Below, in pieces: positions 10,872 to 20,495 of a DNA stretch of 56,138 bases. The stretch is from NCBI GenBank assembly GCA_038821645.1, contig JAWBDT010000012.1, forward strand, positions 1 to 56,138, read 5' to 3'. Position numbers and translations under genes: made by a program. Each line of letters opens with the position of its first letter. Within the stretch, counting starts at the first letter, position 1. The notes beneath the pieces are model-generated. The model searched no databases, had not been told where the DNA came from, and saw only the letters and a program-made list of their open reading frames with translations. Source of the stretch: Ignisphaera sp. GTDB taxonomy: Archaea; Thermoproteota; Thermoprotei_A; Sulfolobales; Ignisphaeraceae.

Positions 10872-10983
10872 GGGCCCGTAGTCTAGCTTGGTAGGATGCG
10901 GGGTACACCTCAGATAGGTGCCCGACTCGGGACCTCTTCAGCGGAGATCCCCGTGATCCCGGGTTCGAATCCCGGCGGGCCCA
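10872..10983 (+). tRNA. tRNA-Pro(CGG) with two introns (32/33: 10905-10926; 37/38: 10932-10947)
   Basis: GGGCCCG/CGGGCCC-A acceptor and CGGGG/CCCCG anticodon stem; removing both BHB-flanked inserts gives the loop TT-CGG-GT. Confidence 0.88.
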
Positions 10984-11981
10984 CTAGTAATTATTTCTCT
11001 TATCTTTTGTAACACCACCTCTTTGCTTACATCAGGTCTTAGTAATGATATTGTTAGTGTTTGATGACCAACGATATCCTTTGCAATACCAGCTCTATAG
11101 AGATGGAGTGCTATGTCATATGCTAATGTTCCATTAGATTTGATTACCAATATCTTTCGTCCTTGTCTACTCTTAGCTAAAAGAAACACAGGTGTTTTGA
11201 GAAGTCTGTAGAGTGCTGACGCAATAGAGGTTGATTTATAAGGATAATTTCTATGGCTAATGTCTATAAACCTCATATTGAATATTCTTATAGCACTTAA
11301 AGCAATCTCATTCGCTATAGCTTTAAGCTCTTTAAAATCATTTTGCGATCTGCTAACAAACTGCTTAATATCGATACTGAACGGTATAGATAATCTAGGT
11401 AGAGGTTCTGTAAGCCAGTTAACTGTTTTTATCCATAGATCTCTACTCTTGGACTTAATTAATGTTCTAGAAATAGCTACAACAATGTCTACAAGTCTTC
11501 TATCTATGGACTTAATCCTAAACTTATCATCTCCTTTCTCAATAACCGATACAGCCTCTATGAATGCTCTCAATCTATCAGTAACATCTAGTCCATGAGA
11601 TTTCAGCAAATTATACACAAGTATTGCTGTTGCAGATTTACCTATGACAAGGTTTACTGTACGTGATCTTATTTCATCAGCATGAATTGCTGTAGAAATA
11701 TGGTGATCGACATACAACACCTCTACTCCCTTTTCCTTGAATACAGACAGAACTTTATTCATAAACTTTGAATAGGCTATATCAAGAATAATTATGTACT
11801 CAACTTCAACATCTTTAATGTTCCTGAAATCTCTAGCTATAGATCTTGGTGATGTGGGTATCAGTTCAACATTACACTTCTTATCCACAGGATACATCCC
11901 TAGAACAGCTTGTGAGTATAGTATTTCTGCAGCAGAAACAGCGCCATCTATATCCCAATCACTAAACACAACTACCACCAT
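10938..11981 (-). CDS. DHH-family phosphoesterase-like protein
   Basis: SDWDIDG, ILDIA, YVDHH, SATAIL motifs; 3' end overlaps tRNA-Pro antisense. Confidence 0.8.
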   Translation of the reverse strand: MVVVVFSDWDIDGAVSAAEILYSQAVLGMYPVDKKCNVELIPTSPRSIARDFRNIKDVEVEYIIILDIAYSKFMNKVLSVFKEKGVEVLYVDHHISTAIHADEIRSRTVNLVIGKSATAILVYNLLKSHGLDVTDRLRAFIEAVSVIEKGDDKFRIKSIDRRLVDIVVAISRTLIKSKSRDLWIKTVNWLTEPLPRLSIPFSIDIKQFVSRSQNDFKELKAIANEIALSAIRIFNMRFIDISHRNYPYKSTSIASALYRLLKTPVFLLAKSRQGRKILVIKSNGTLAYDIALHLYRAGIAKDIVGHQTLTISLLRPDVSKEVVLQKIREIITSGPAGIRTRDHGDLR

Positions 11982-12135
11982 TTATTAACACCATCTATTA
12001 AGACCCTACTCTCCCTTGATGCTTAATATAGTGTACTCACATTTAAATTGTTTATAGAGAACAACAGTAAACAAACTACTAATACTACAATTCAACTCTA
12101 ATTATAACTAAAATCAGCGATGAACATAACAACAT

Positions 12136-12147
12136 AAAGCTTATAAA
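12136..12147 (+). promoter_or_regulatory. BRE/TATA promoter of tRNA-Asp
   Basis: A-rich element followed by TTATAAA (12141-12147), about 30 nt upstream of the tRNA. Confidence 0.55.
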
Positions 12148-12175
12148 GAGACCACAAAAGAAATCCTAATGGTGT

Positions 12176-12272
12176 GCCGCGGTAGTATAGCCAGGCCAGT
12201 ATGCGGGCCTGTCGCACATCTCTAATGTGCAGAAAGCCCGTGACCCGGGTTCAAATCCCGGCCGCGGCGCCA
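12176..12272 (+). tRNA. tRNA-Asp(GTC) with 20-nt intron at 37/38 (12215-12234), CCA encoded
   Basis: GCCGCGG/CCGCGGC-G-CCA, CGGGC/GCCCG stem; BHB helix CTGT:GCAG and ACAT/ATGT intron hairpin. Confidence 0.95.
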
Positions 12273-13596
12273 AATAAACTATAACTTGAGCACTATTCGT
12301 ATATTTGAAATATGTCGTTATTCCTCAGATCAAAACTGAAACAAAGAATATCAATACATTACAGAGTTAAAAATAACAAATAGTGTAATTTAGTAGTATG
12401 TTCTATACACCACCGAAATTGGGGATGCCAAGATGTTTTGATGTAGATTGATTTGAAAGAGATCACCCTATGGCTGTATATCTATTTGATAACACAATAA
12501 CTAGATTAACTCATAAAGCATATGAAAACCTCTATAGTAAGTGAATCAACAATTTCTATCTTGTTTAAAGTAGAGAACATGGTATTCTTATCAGAGTATG
12601 TGGTTTTTAAGATCAAGATGATATAACGTTCTACCGTTATAGTGTTGTTTAATATTTGTCAATCTTGATCCAAAGAGAATCAATATCGATATGTGGCATC
12701 GATCAAGATACATCAAGATAGTTCCTGATCATAACTATATATGCTTCTTATAGGAGGAAACACAAACATGATAAACATTGGATGATTGTAAGTTCATCAA
12801 ATGAGATTAAAATAGACTTTAGTAAAGAGATGCATTACTGATATATAGAATTTACCTTACTTTTACATCTGAATCCTCCTTCTATAGCTCTACTTCTCCA
12901 TGATATATGTCATGATGTATATACGATAAACCACAAGCAGTAGAAGTCAGCCAATATGTTGGCTTAGAGATGTAGAGAATTGCTTGAACAGTATATATAA
13001 ACGATTACAACTACTTGCACGATATTACATCCATCAAGGATACCATATATTTGTAAACATGGAGGCACGGTACATGCTAAGTAAATTTATAGGAGGAAGA
13101 TATAGTTTTGTAATATCATTATAGAATTCAATAATATATTACTAGACGATAATACAGCAACTCTATATAAACTTAAGGAAATAGGTGTTACGAATATTAA
13201 GAACATTGTGGTGTAGCTAATGGAGCTACACTCGATACTAGTATGGACACGTATGAAGTTGTAGCAAAAGAATTACTATACCAAAACTATATTTGATGCA
13301 ATAGAAGTATCTATTAAGGTAAGATAAAGAATAACAAAATTAAGAACTTGATGTAGAGTCCTTACAATAGCTAAAGGAATTAGAGCAAAACTAAATAAAA
13401 CAGATGTAAATATCAAAGTCTATACCCTAGGTAATGATTGTAATAACATGAAGCCAAAGCTTAGTGGATCTCTATAGGGTGTATTTGATTAAACTTAATA
13501 AATATGAATTACATCTTATATACTGTTTCTTTTAGTTAGGGAGATCCTATCGTAATATTTTCATTAAACCACACAAGTTCAATTAGGAGAAAGATA

Positions 13597-15294
13597 TTGA
13601 TACAATTTATTTTAGTACTTTTTATCGTTATTCTAGAGACTGTGATACTAGTCATTAATATTAATGACGTTAAGGTTTCATCATTTTATGAGTTTCTACA
13701 TAATCCAAATAAACTTGGTATATACCTTGGCTATATATTAAGTGTAATATTATTACCTTTCGTTTCTGTTGCTTCTCTAAATGTTATCAAAAGTATTCGT
13801 GACATATATAGATCTCTTGCTGTAAAAAGTTTAAGATTTAATTCTATTGAAGTAGCAATAAAATACATGAATATCCTTATAACTATGTTGCCATTGGCAT
13901 TATTGTTAATGGTAACAGGAATTATTTTTAGATTGTATATATTTACGCTTTTTTCTTTAGTACCATTAATATTTCTCGGATACATCATTGTAAAGCCTTT
14001 TGCTGATGTATATGAACATAGTAAAAATATCGAGAATGAGCTTAAATGGTTTCTTATTTTGATGATTGTTACAGAGAGTGTTAGAGCTAATATAGGATTT
14101 CTTATAGATAAACTAAAACGTACACCTATCCTGTCAGCAATCACAAAAGAGCTTATAGTTGTTAATAGAGATTATTTACTTTATTTACCTTCATATATTG
14201 ATTCTTTTATTCATAGAGCTAGACACACACCTAACTCTAGGTTATCTAGTATATTTACTGGTTATGCAAGTAGATTGCGTAGTGGTGGTGATATTGTTTC
14301 TTGGCTAAGATCTAAATTAGGTGAGGAACTTACTATTAGCGAATTTTCTGCAAAACTTTATAGCGAAAGAATTTCAAATATCTTCGGACAGATCATGTTG
14401 GCGCTCTATGCACTTTTGCCACTTGTAGCTATTTCTACATACGCTCTAAATATAACTGCAGTCATACTGCTAAACACAGTTGCAACACCATTACTTGTGT
14501 TTATTATGTACACAATAAGACCAAAATCCCTAGATGATTTTCCCATGAAGCATTTATTCATCACCTTAACGGTAATGGTACTATCATCACTTCTACTCTA
14601 TGCATTTATTGGCTCTACCTCATTAGCTATAGGTTGGGTTCTAGCCTTAATATTGTCACATAAATATCGGTCTATTCTAAAAGAGATATCGATTCTAGAG
14701 AAGGATTGTATAGAGATTATGAAACTCATGGTTGAACTTCGAAGAAATGGATATGATGTAGCTAAAGCCATAGAATACATAATATCCACAAATACTATCA
14801 ATGAAACTACAAAAAGAAAACTTAGGCTTGCTTTAACTATGCTTCATCAAGGTGTATCTCTAACAGAAACTTCAATGAAGATCCCCACCCATAGCTTCTT
14901 GTTCAAGTTCACGTTATTCACATTAGGACTAGTGCATGAATGTGGCGGAGGAGATCCAGAAGTATTTCAAGTAGTATACGAGTATATGAATAGAATTAGT
15001 ACACTGCAAAACACTATTAAAAAGATTAGTACTCTTTTCGATATTTTTGCATTGGTGAATACAGTACTGATTGTATGGATATGGAAAACATTGATGCCTC
15101 TTCATGCATCACTCAGCTACATGGGTATAGGATCAGTATTTGGAGTAGACATAAATATGTTGTACTTACTCATATACTCGTCACTATTGGGTTACACAAT
15201 GGTTTCAAGCACATTACGTATAGGTCTACCGATTATCGAGTTTAGATCAATAGCTTTTCTGGCAATAGGAACCCTACTTCCTTTGTTACTTTGA
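13597..15294 (+). CDS. type IV pilus/T2SS F-family membrane platform protein (TadC/FlaJ-like)
   Basis: Multiple TM segments with two cytoplasmic domains (TPNSRL..F.GY...LRSGGDI; ELRRNGYD..KA); directly upstream of a pilin. Confidence 0.7.
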   Translation: MIQFILVLFIVILETVILVININDVKVSSFYEFLHNPNKLGIYLGYILSVILLPFVSVASLNVIKSIRDIYRSLAVKSLRFNSIEVAIKYMNILITMLPLALLLMVTGIIFRLYIFTLFSLVPLIFLGYIIVKPFADVYEHSKNIENELKWFLILMIVTESVRANIGFLIDKLKRTPILSAITKELIVVNRDYLLYLPSYIDSFIHRARHTPNSRLSSIFTGYASRLRSGGDIVSWLRSKLGEELTISEFSAKLYSERISNIFGQIMLALYALLPLVAISTYALNITAVILLNTVATPLLVFIMYTIRPKSLDDFPMKHLFITLTVMVLSSLLLYAFIGSTSLAIGWVLALILSHKYRSILKEISILEKDCIEIMKLMVELRRNGYDVAKAIEYIISTNTINETTKRKLRLALTMLHQGVSLTETSMKIPTHSFLFKFTLFTLGLVHECGGGDPEVFQVVYEYMNRISTLQNTIKKISTLFDIFALVNTVLIVWIWKTLMPLHASLSYMGIGSVFGVDINMLYLLIYSSLLGYTMVSSTLRIGLPIIEFRSIAFLAIGTLLPLLL

Positions 15295-15345
15295 CTATCT
15301 ATGTAAACACCTTATAAATACAGCTACAAATTAGGGATAAAACTG

Positions 15346-15849
15346 TTGTTAACAATATGTAATGTAAAGAAAATTGATAAAGGCATAAGCGAATTACTTG
15401 CTATCGTTATAGGCATCGCTATAACAATAGCTATAGGTGTAGCATTCTACACATTTGTACCCAATTTCGTGAACACATTCATACAGCAACAAAAGGTAGG
15501 TGTTGTAGTGACATCAACATCAGTCATAGATAAAAACACCGCTATAGCAACAATATCTGTTAGAAATCTAGGAACAAGAGACATCTATGCATTAAGTATA
15601 ATGATAGTTACTAACAGAAGCATTAATCTAGAGCTTCTATCTCCTACACCAAGTACCACTAGCAATGGTAAAATAGATATAGATCTCAGGAACTCTATCC
15701 TCTCACCAGGTCAGGAAATACCATTAATAATCCGGTTATCAACTCATGACGATGGTCCCTTAATAGGTACAAAAGTGGGCTTCATAATTACAGCAAAATT
15801 TGCTGACAATGTTTATACCTCTGAATCCCTAGCATTAACTATCATATAG
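15346..15849 (+). CDS. archaeal type IV pilin-like protein
   Basis: Class III signal peptide KKIDKG/ISELLAIVIGIAITIAIGVAFY; VRNLG and LSPGQE motifs. Confidence 0.8.
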   Translation: MLTICNVKKIDKGISELLAIVIGIAITIAIGVAFYTFVPNFVNTFIQQQKVGVVVTSTSVIDKNTAIATISVRNLGTRDIYALSIMIVTNRSINLELLSPTPSTTSNGKIDIDLRNSILSPGQEIPLIIRLSTHDDGPLIGTKVGFIITAKFADNVYTSESLALTII

Positions 15850-16410
15850 CCTTGAGTACCTTAATACATAACCTCAAATCTTTTAACTTTTTAACCATCT
15901 TTGCCTAGTTAGTGGTAAAGATTCTATTTTATAATTTATAGAGTTTATTCAACGATTGATATAGTGATGGACTACTCAATGTACTGTATACTGTACATTA
16001 TTTGATACAAAGGTATAGTAACAATGCACAAGAATTCAATATAGAACTAGAACTACTTCACAGAAAATCAAGAAAGTATAAAGCATTGCTACATCTAATT
16101 AGAGTCTTCATGAAAATAACGAAATCTCATTACAAGTTTACCAACAGGTTAAAGGAATTATTATTATCTATTACTATCATATTATTACTATCATATAACA
16201 AAATTGCAGTAACACTAGATTAATGGATAACAAATATTTATCTGTAGACTTAGAATAAGGTAGTTGATGATTCAATCACCTCTCTTTGTACATTAGGGAT
16301 GGTGAGTAGTAACAAACATGGAATACCATAGATAGATACATCTGTACAACTAATTTATATTCATATCAAATAAAGTTTTATAACTCTTAAAACGTATTGT
16401 TTTTGTACAA

Positions 16411-16460
16411 ATGATGTATTCGGCAGGAGCTGAAATATGATGTAACTTTCCATGGACTGA
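16411..16460 (+). ncRNA. box C/D methylation-guide sRNA
   Basis: C ATGATGT, 12-nt guide, D' CTGA, C' ATGATGT, 13-nt guide, D CTGA; TTTTATAA at 16376-16383 upstream. Confidence 0.8.
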
Positions 16461-16484
16461 ATTTCTAGATAGATATAAGTATAA

Positions 16485-16533
16485 TCAGATGGTTGATCTA
16501 TCGTCATCTGTCCCAGATCACCTCCCTCATCAT
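16485..16533 (-). ncRNA. box C/D sRNA with guides complementary to conserved 16S rRNA terminal sequences
   Basis: Minus strand reads ATGATGA-GGGAGGTGATCT-GGGA-CAG-ATGACGA-TAGATCAACCAT-CTGA (C, guide, degenerate D', C', guide, D). Confidence 0.75.
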
Positions 16534-16637
16534 CAGATTTCTAAAACACTCATAACGATCTGTATAACAGTATTAATTGCTTGACCATAATTACATTATG
16601 ATTTATATAACAATAATATCATTAACATTATGGTTAA

Positions 16638-16723
16638 TCCCGCCGGGGGGACTTGAACCCCCGACCACCCGGTATCTACCCGCCTCACTACAGCCGGGCG
16701 CTCTGCCGCTGAGCTACGGCGGG
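16638..16723 (-). tRNA. tRNA-Tyr(GTA) with 14-nt intron at 37/38 (16674-16687)
   Basis: CCCGCCG/CGGCGGG-A acceptor (C1:G72), CCCGG-CT-GTA-G[intron]A-CCGGG, TTCAAGT T loop. Confidence 0.95.
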
Positions 16724-16953
16724 ATTTTATTCTGTACACTACCTAGTGGTGTGAAGCTATATATTTTTTGCTTCATTCATTTTCAATGACTTTATCTTAC
16801 TAAACTTATTTGGATCAATCGACTTAGTTCATTTCTATGTTAAGTGATCATCAAGTTATTGTATGCTACTACCTAAAATCATACGAAGTTTTACTCTCTA
16901 TGGCACCATAACGGTTATATTCCAACTAAAAGATAACAAGTCAATGATGATGG

Positions 16954-17748
16954 ATGTCAGTAGCATCAGCTATAGAGAGTCTTAATCTAAAAAATATTAG
17001 GAATGTCGTAATCGTTATGAGCGGGAAAGGTGGTGTAGGAAAATCTTTTGTAGCTACATCTCTAGCAATAGCTTTTAAAAATCTTGGATATAGTGTAGCT
17101 ATTCTTGATGCTGATATTCATGGACCTAGCGTTCCATGGATTTTAGGAATCGAAGATAGATTCATGGGCATATCTATTGAGGGCAACCTTGTTCCACAAG
17201 AAGTTGATGGTATAGCTGTTGCATCTTTTGAACTACTTTTGAGTCAAAAAGATAACCCTATTGTTTGGAGAGGTCCTCTTAAGACACGAGCAATAATCGA
17301 GCTTGTAACAAAAACTATGTGGGGAAACAGAGACTTCATGATAGTCGATATGCCTCCAGGTACAGGAGACGAACATCTAACAATAATCCATATGCTTAGA
17401 TCTATAATTAGAGGAGCTCTTCTTGTCTTAACACCAGGAAACCTTGTAGCACATATAGTTAACAAAGTTAGATCTTTCCTGAAAAATACTAACGTAGATC
17501 TTCTAGGAGCTATCCTAAATATGTCCTACTTCAGATGCCCTGTATGTGAATCTATTCACAAAATTTATGGTGAAATCAATCTTAGTGAGACACCAATCCT
17601 AGCCGAACTACCTATAAAACCTGAATTATCTCACGCTCTAAATGAAGGAAAGCTTCTCGAATATTTACAGAAACAAGATAAAGACCTTTTAGCAGTATTC
17701 ATAAACTTATGTCACAACATTTTAAAAAGATTAAAGCATAATACATAG
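16954..17748 (+). CDS. Mrp/ApbC/NBP35 Fe-S cluster carrier ATPase
   Basis: SGKGGVGKS, DADIHGPS, IVWRGP, DMPPGTGDE, NMSYFRCPVC. Confidence 0.9.
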   Translation: MSVASAIESLNLKNIRNVVIVMSGKGGVGKSFVATSLAIAFKNLGYSVAILDADIHGPSVPWILGIEDRFMGISIEGNLVPQEVDGIAVASFELLLSQKDNPIVWRGPLKTRAIIELVTKTMWGNRDFMIVDMPPGTGDEHLTIIHMLRSIIRGALLVLTPGNLVAHIVNKVRSFLKNTNVDLLGAILNMSYFRCPVCESIHKIYGEINLSETPILAELPIKPELSHALNEGKLLEYLQKQDKDLLAVFINLCHNILKRLKHNT

Positions 17749-17855
17749 AAATACTTTATTGATTACATCTATGTCTTCGATGTATTAGAGTGAAAATGAA
17801 GCTATTAAGAGTTAAAGTTAAATAGTTCTATTTGTGTCAGTATAGATGATGTAAA

Positions 17856-18146
17856 ATGGTTATTGATATAGAATCTTGGATTTCTTCATTTCTTATGTTT
17901 TCTATAGCTATATACATAACTTCGTTTTCACTATACCTAGTTAGAATAATTAAAGGACCAACATTACCAGATATGGTAATAGCTATTGATGCCTTGGGTT
18001 ACGATCTTGCCGCTTTCTTCATTGTATTAAGCATACTCTTTAGATCCCCTATTCTAATCATATGTGCTATTGTTTTAACTCTATGGATTTATGCTCTCGA
18101 TATATATGTAGCTAAGTATCTAGAACATAAAGAGTTAGGCGACTGA
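17856..18146 (+). CDS. mnhF: Mrp/Mnh antiporter subunit F (MbhB-like)
   Basis: RIIKGPTLPDMVIAID, three TM segments, VAKYLE C-terminus. Confidence 0.85.
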   Translation: MVIDIESWISSFLMFSIAIYITSFSLYLVRIIKGPTLPDMVIAIDALGYDLAAFFIVLSILFRSPILIICAIVLTLWIYALDIYVAKYLEHKELGD

Positions 18147-18149
18147 ATT

Positions 18150-18533
18150 ATGCAAGAACTGCTCAACCTAATATTAGTCATAATCGGGCAAATAATGGTG
18201 GCTATAGGTCTTTTATGTGATATTATAGCAGCAATTCTTATGATAAGATTCCCCAATTTCTATGTAAGATTGCATGCATTAACTATTGGAAGCATTGGTG
18301 GAGCTGTTGTACCAATGATGGGTGCTGGACTGATAGCATTAGGCTCTCCCTTTCTAGGTGACCACAGATGGTATTTAGCTGGAGGAGCATTTGTTGCAGC
18401 ATTCTTTACATTTATCCTTGGTGGAGCTGGTACTCATGCCATCTCTAGAGCGGCTCATAGATCTAAGACAGTTGTTCTTGATCCTTGTTACATAGATCAT
18501 CTAGCTGAAGATAAAGGTGAGAAAACATGTTAG
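18150..18533 (+). CDS. mnhG: Mrp/Mnh antiporter subunit G (MbhC-like)
   Basis: RFPNFYVRLHA, GTHAISRAA. Confidence 0.88.
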   Translation: MQELLNLILVIIGQIMVAIGLLCDIIAAILMIRFPNFYVRLHALTIGSIGGAVVPMMGAGLIALGSPFLGDHRWYLAGGAFVAAFFTFILGGAGTHAISRAAHRSKTVVLDPCYIDHLAEDKGEKTC

Positions 18534-18784
18534 AGGAGACAATATTCATAATCATAGGGCTCATCTCGATGATCTCTGTTTTGTTTGTAGCTTTAGCAAT
18601 AATATCGAAAGATCTTCTAAAAGCTATAATGTTTTCAGCAGTACAGAGTACTCTTTACGCTTTTCTTCTCTTTCTCTTAATGGCGCCAGATATAGTACTT
18701 GTCTACATAGCTATATCTGTAGGACTTCTACCATTAATATCTATTGTATTGATTAAAAAGGTGGGAAGATATGAAAAAACATAG
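18527..18784 (+). CDS. Mrp-type subunit, MbhD/DUF4040-like
   Basis: KDLLKAI, LMAPDIVL; three TM segments; operon position. Confidence 0.8.
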   Translation: MLEETIFIIIGLISMISVLFVALAIISKDLLKAIMFSAVQSTLYAFLLFLLMAPDIVLVYIAISVGLLPLISIVLIKKVGRYEKT

Positions 18785-19580
18785 AGAGATAATATTTATT
18801 ACACTTTTGATAGTAATCATGTTGGTAATATTAATACCAACACTACTAGGAGGCATTGGACCTATACCTCATGGAGATATAAGACCCTTGGCTAAAGCTT
18901 ATCTCAACTCAACATTCAATATCTACATCAAAGATCTATGGACAGCATCACCTGAAGCCGTTGCAGCTATTGTGTGGGACTATAGAGGTTTGGATACATT
19001 CTATGAAACGATAGTTTTCTATACAGCTATAGTAAGTTGTCTGATTCTGTATAGAGAGGTATTAGGTAAGCGTGATATTTCGAAAGGTGAAGGATTAAGT
19101 ATTATTGTAAAAAGGGTTACGGCTATATCGCTTTTAGGAATTTTAGTAGTTGGTGCTTCTACAGTTCTTCACGGAATGTTGACTCCTGGTGGAGGATTCC
19201 AGGGAGGTGCTATAATGGCTGTAGCGCCAGTTATTGTAATAATAGTCTTCTCAAGACTTTTAGTTGATACTTCTAGATTATCGTACGGTAAAGCTGTAGC
19301 ATTCAGAAATCTAGCTATATTGGGTATAACATTAACAGCATTAATACCAATAATTCTAGGTTTTGGTAATGCTTTTATATTCCAAAACCAGTATAAACGT
19401 TCCACAAACTTCTCATATCCCACATACATATTCGATGTACCTATGGGTGGTTCTCTATGGTTTTTAAACCTATTTGAGGGATTAGCAGTCTTTATGGCAT
19501 TCTATCTAGTTTTCAATATAATTCTCTATAGCGAAGAAGTATCCAAAGAGGTTATCCTAGGTGAAGAATATGGATATTAG
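18771..19580 (+). CDS. mnhB: Mrp/Mnh antiporter subunit B (MbhE+F-like)
   Basis: VAAIVWDYRGLDTFYE and HGMLTPGGGFQGG. Confidence 0.88.
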   Translation: MKKHREIIFITLLIVIMLVILIPTLLGGIGPIPHGDIRPLAKAYLNSTFNIYIKDLWTASPEAVAAIVWDYRGLDTFYETIVFYTAIVSCLILYREVLGKRDISKGEGLSIIVKRVTAISLLGILVVGASTVLHGMLTPGGGFQGGAIMAVAPVIVIIVFSRLLVDTSRLSYGKAVAFRNLAILGITLTALIPIILGFGNAFIFQNQYKRSTNFSYPTYIFDVPMGGSLWFLNLFEGLAVFMAFYLVFNIILYSEEVSKEVILGEEYGY

Positions 19581-19995
19581 GGTTGCTATGTACATAGCCA
19601 CCATAGCTTCGCTTTATGTGAATATAGCATTATGTATCTATGGAGTTATATCTAAACCTAACCTAATTAAGAAATTCATAGCTTTAACTATTCTTCAAGA
19701 CTCTATAAATGTCTTTCTAATACTTGGTGGATATAGATTATGGAGACCAGGATTATTATTACAACCTCCAGTATTACTCAATTGGTCACCTACAGATGAA
19801 GATCTGAAGCAGTTCCTGATGAGATCTGTAGATCCATTACCTCAAGCGCTAGTTCTAACAGCTATAGTCATAGGTTTAGCTGTTAACACATTTTTAGCTA
19901 TAATGATAATTCATCTCTATAGGCATTTCTCTACAATTGACGTAGATGAAATAGGTAGTATGAAAAAGGTGATGATAGTTGAAGAGAGTGCTTAA
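19570..19995 (+). CDS. mnhC: Mrp/Mnh antiporter subunit C (MbhG-like)
   Basis: NLIKKFIAL, DPLPQALVLTAIVIG; ATG at 19570 follows an AGGTGA RBS. Confidence 0.9.
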   Translation: MDIRVAMYIATIASLYVNIALCIYGVISKPNLIKKFIALTILQDSINVFLILGGYRLWRPGLLLQPPVLLNWSPTDEDLKQFLMRSVDPLPQALVLTAIVIGLAVNTFLAIMIIHLYRHFSTIDVDEIGSMKKVMIVEESA

Positions 19996-20485
19996 AGCTA
20001 TAGCGCCAACTATTATCGCCTTTACCATATACATAATATATACAGGTTCTCTAAAGGTATATGATCTTGTGAGTGGTGCAGTTGTAGCCATAGTGATTGG
20101 TTCAATACTATCTCCAATGTTAGTAGAGGACTGGAGAAAAAGCTTGGATATTAAGAGATTTCTATATCTAATTGTATACATCTTACGTTACTTCTTAATA
20201 GATGAGATGAAGGCCCATATACATGTAATTAAATTAGGTCTCTCGCCTAGAATGGCTATAAGGCCTGGGATAGTTAGAGTTCCAATAGGTTCTAAAAGTG
20301 ATTATGCTTGGACCCTTGTGTCTATATCAATTACTAATACTCCTGGAACAGTTGTTGTAGATGTAGATAAAGAGAAGGGTTTAGCGTATGTTAATTGGAT
20401 AAATGTTACAACTACTGATCCTTTAGAATGTTACAAGAATATTGCGCAAGTTTTCGATAGCTATGCCAAAAAGATATTTGATTAA
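19979..20485 (+). CDS. mnhE: Mrp/Mnh antiporter subunit E (MbhA-like)
   Basis: IRPGIVRVP, SITNTPGTVVVDV. Confidence 0.9.
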   Translation: MKRVLKAIAPTIIAFTIYIIYTGSLKVYDLVSGAVVAIVIGSILSPMLVEDWRKSLDIKRFLYLIVYILRYFLIDEMKAHIHVIKLGLSPRMAIRPGIVRVPIGSKSDYAWTLVSISITNTPGTVVVDVDKEKGLAYVNWINVTTTDPLECYKNIAQVFDSYAKKIFD

Positions 20486-20495
20486 GTGATGAAAA

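Noticed and set aside
16002-16223. 73-aa ORF after the pilin gene
   Set aside because: No RBS or motif, low-complexity AT-rich sequence; not supportable as a gene
12176-16723. Integrated element between tRNA-Asp and tRNA-Tyr
   Set aside because: No integrase and no duplicated tRNA 3' end (att site) found
16577-16789. 70-aa plus-strand ORF
   Set aside because: Antisense shadow of tRNA-Tyr
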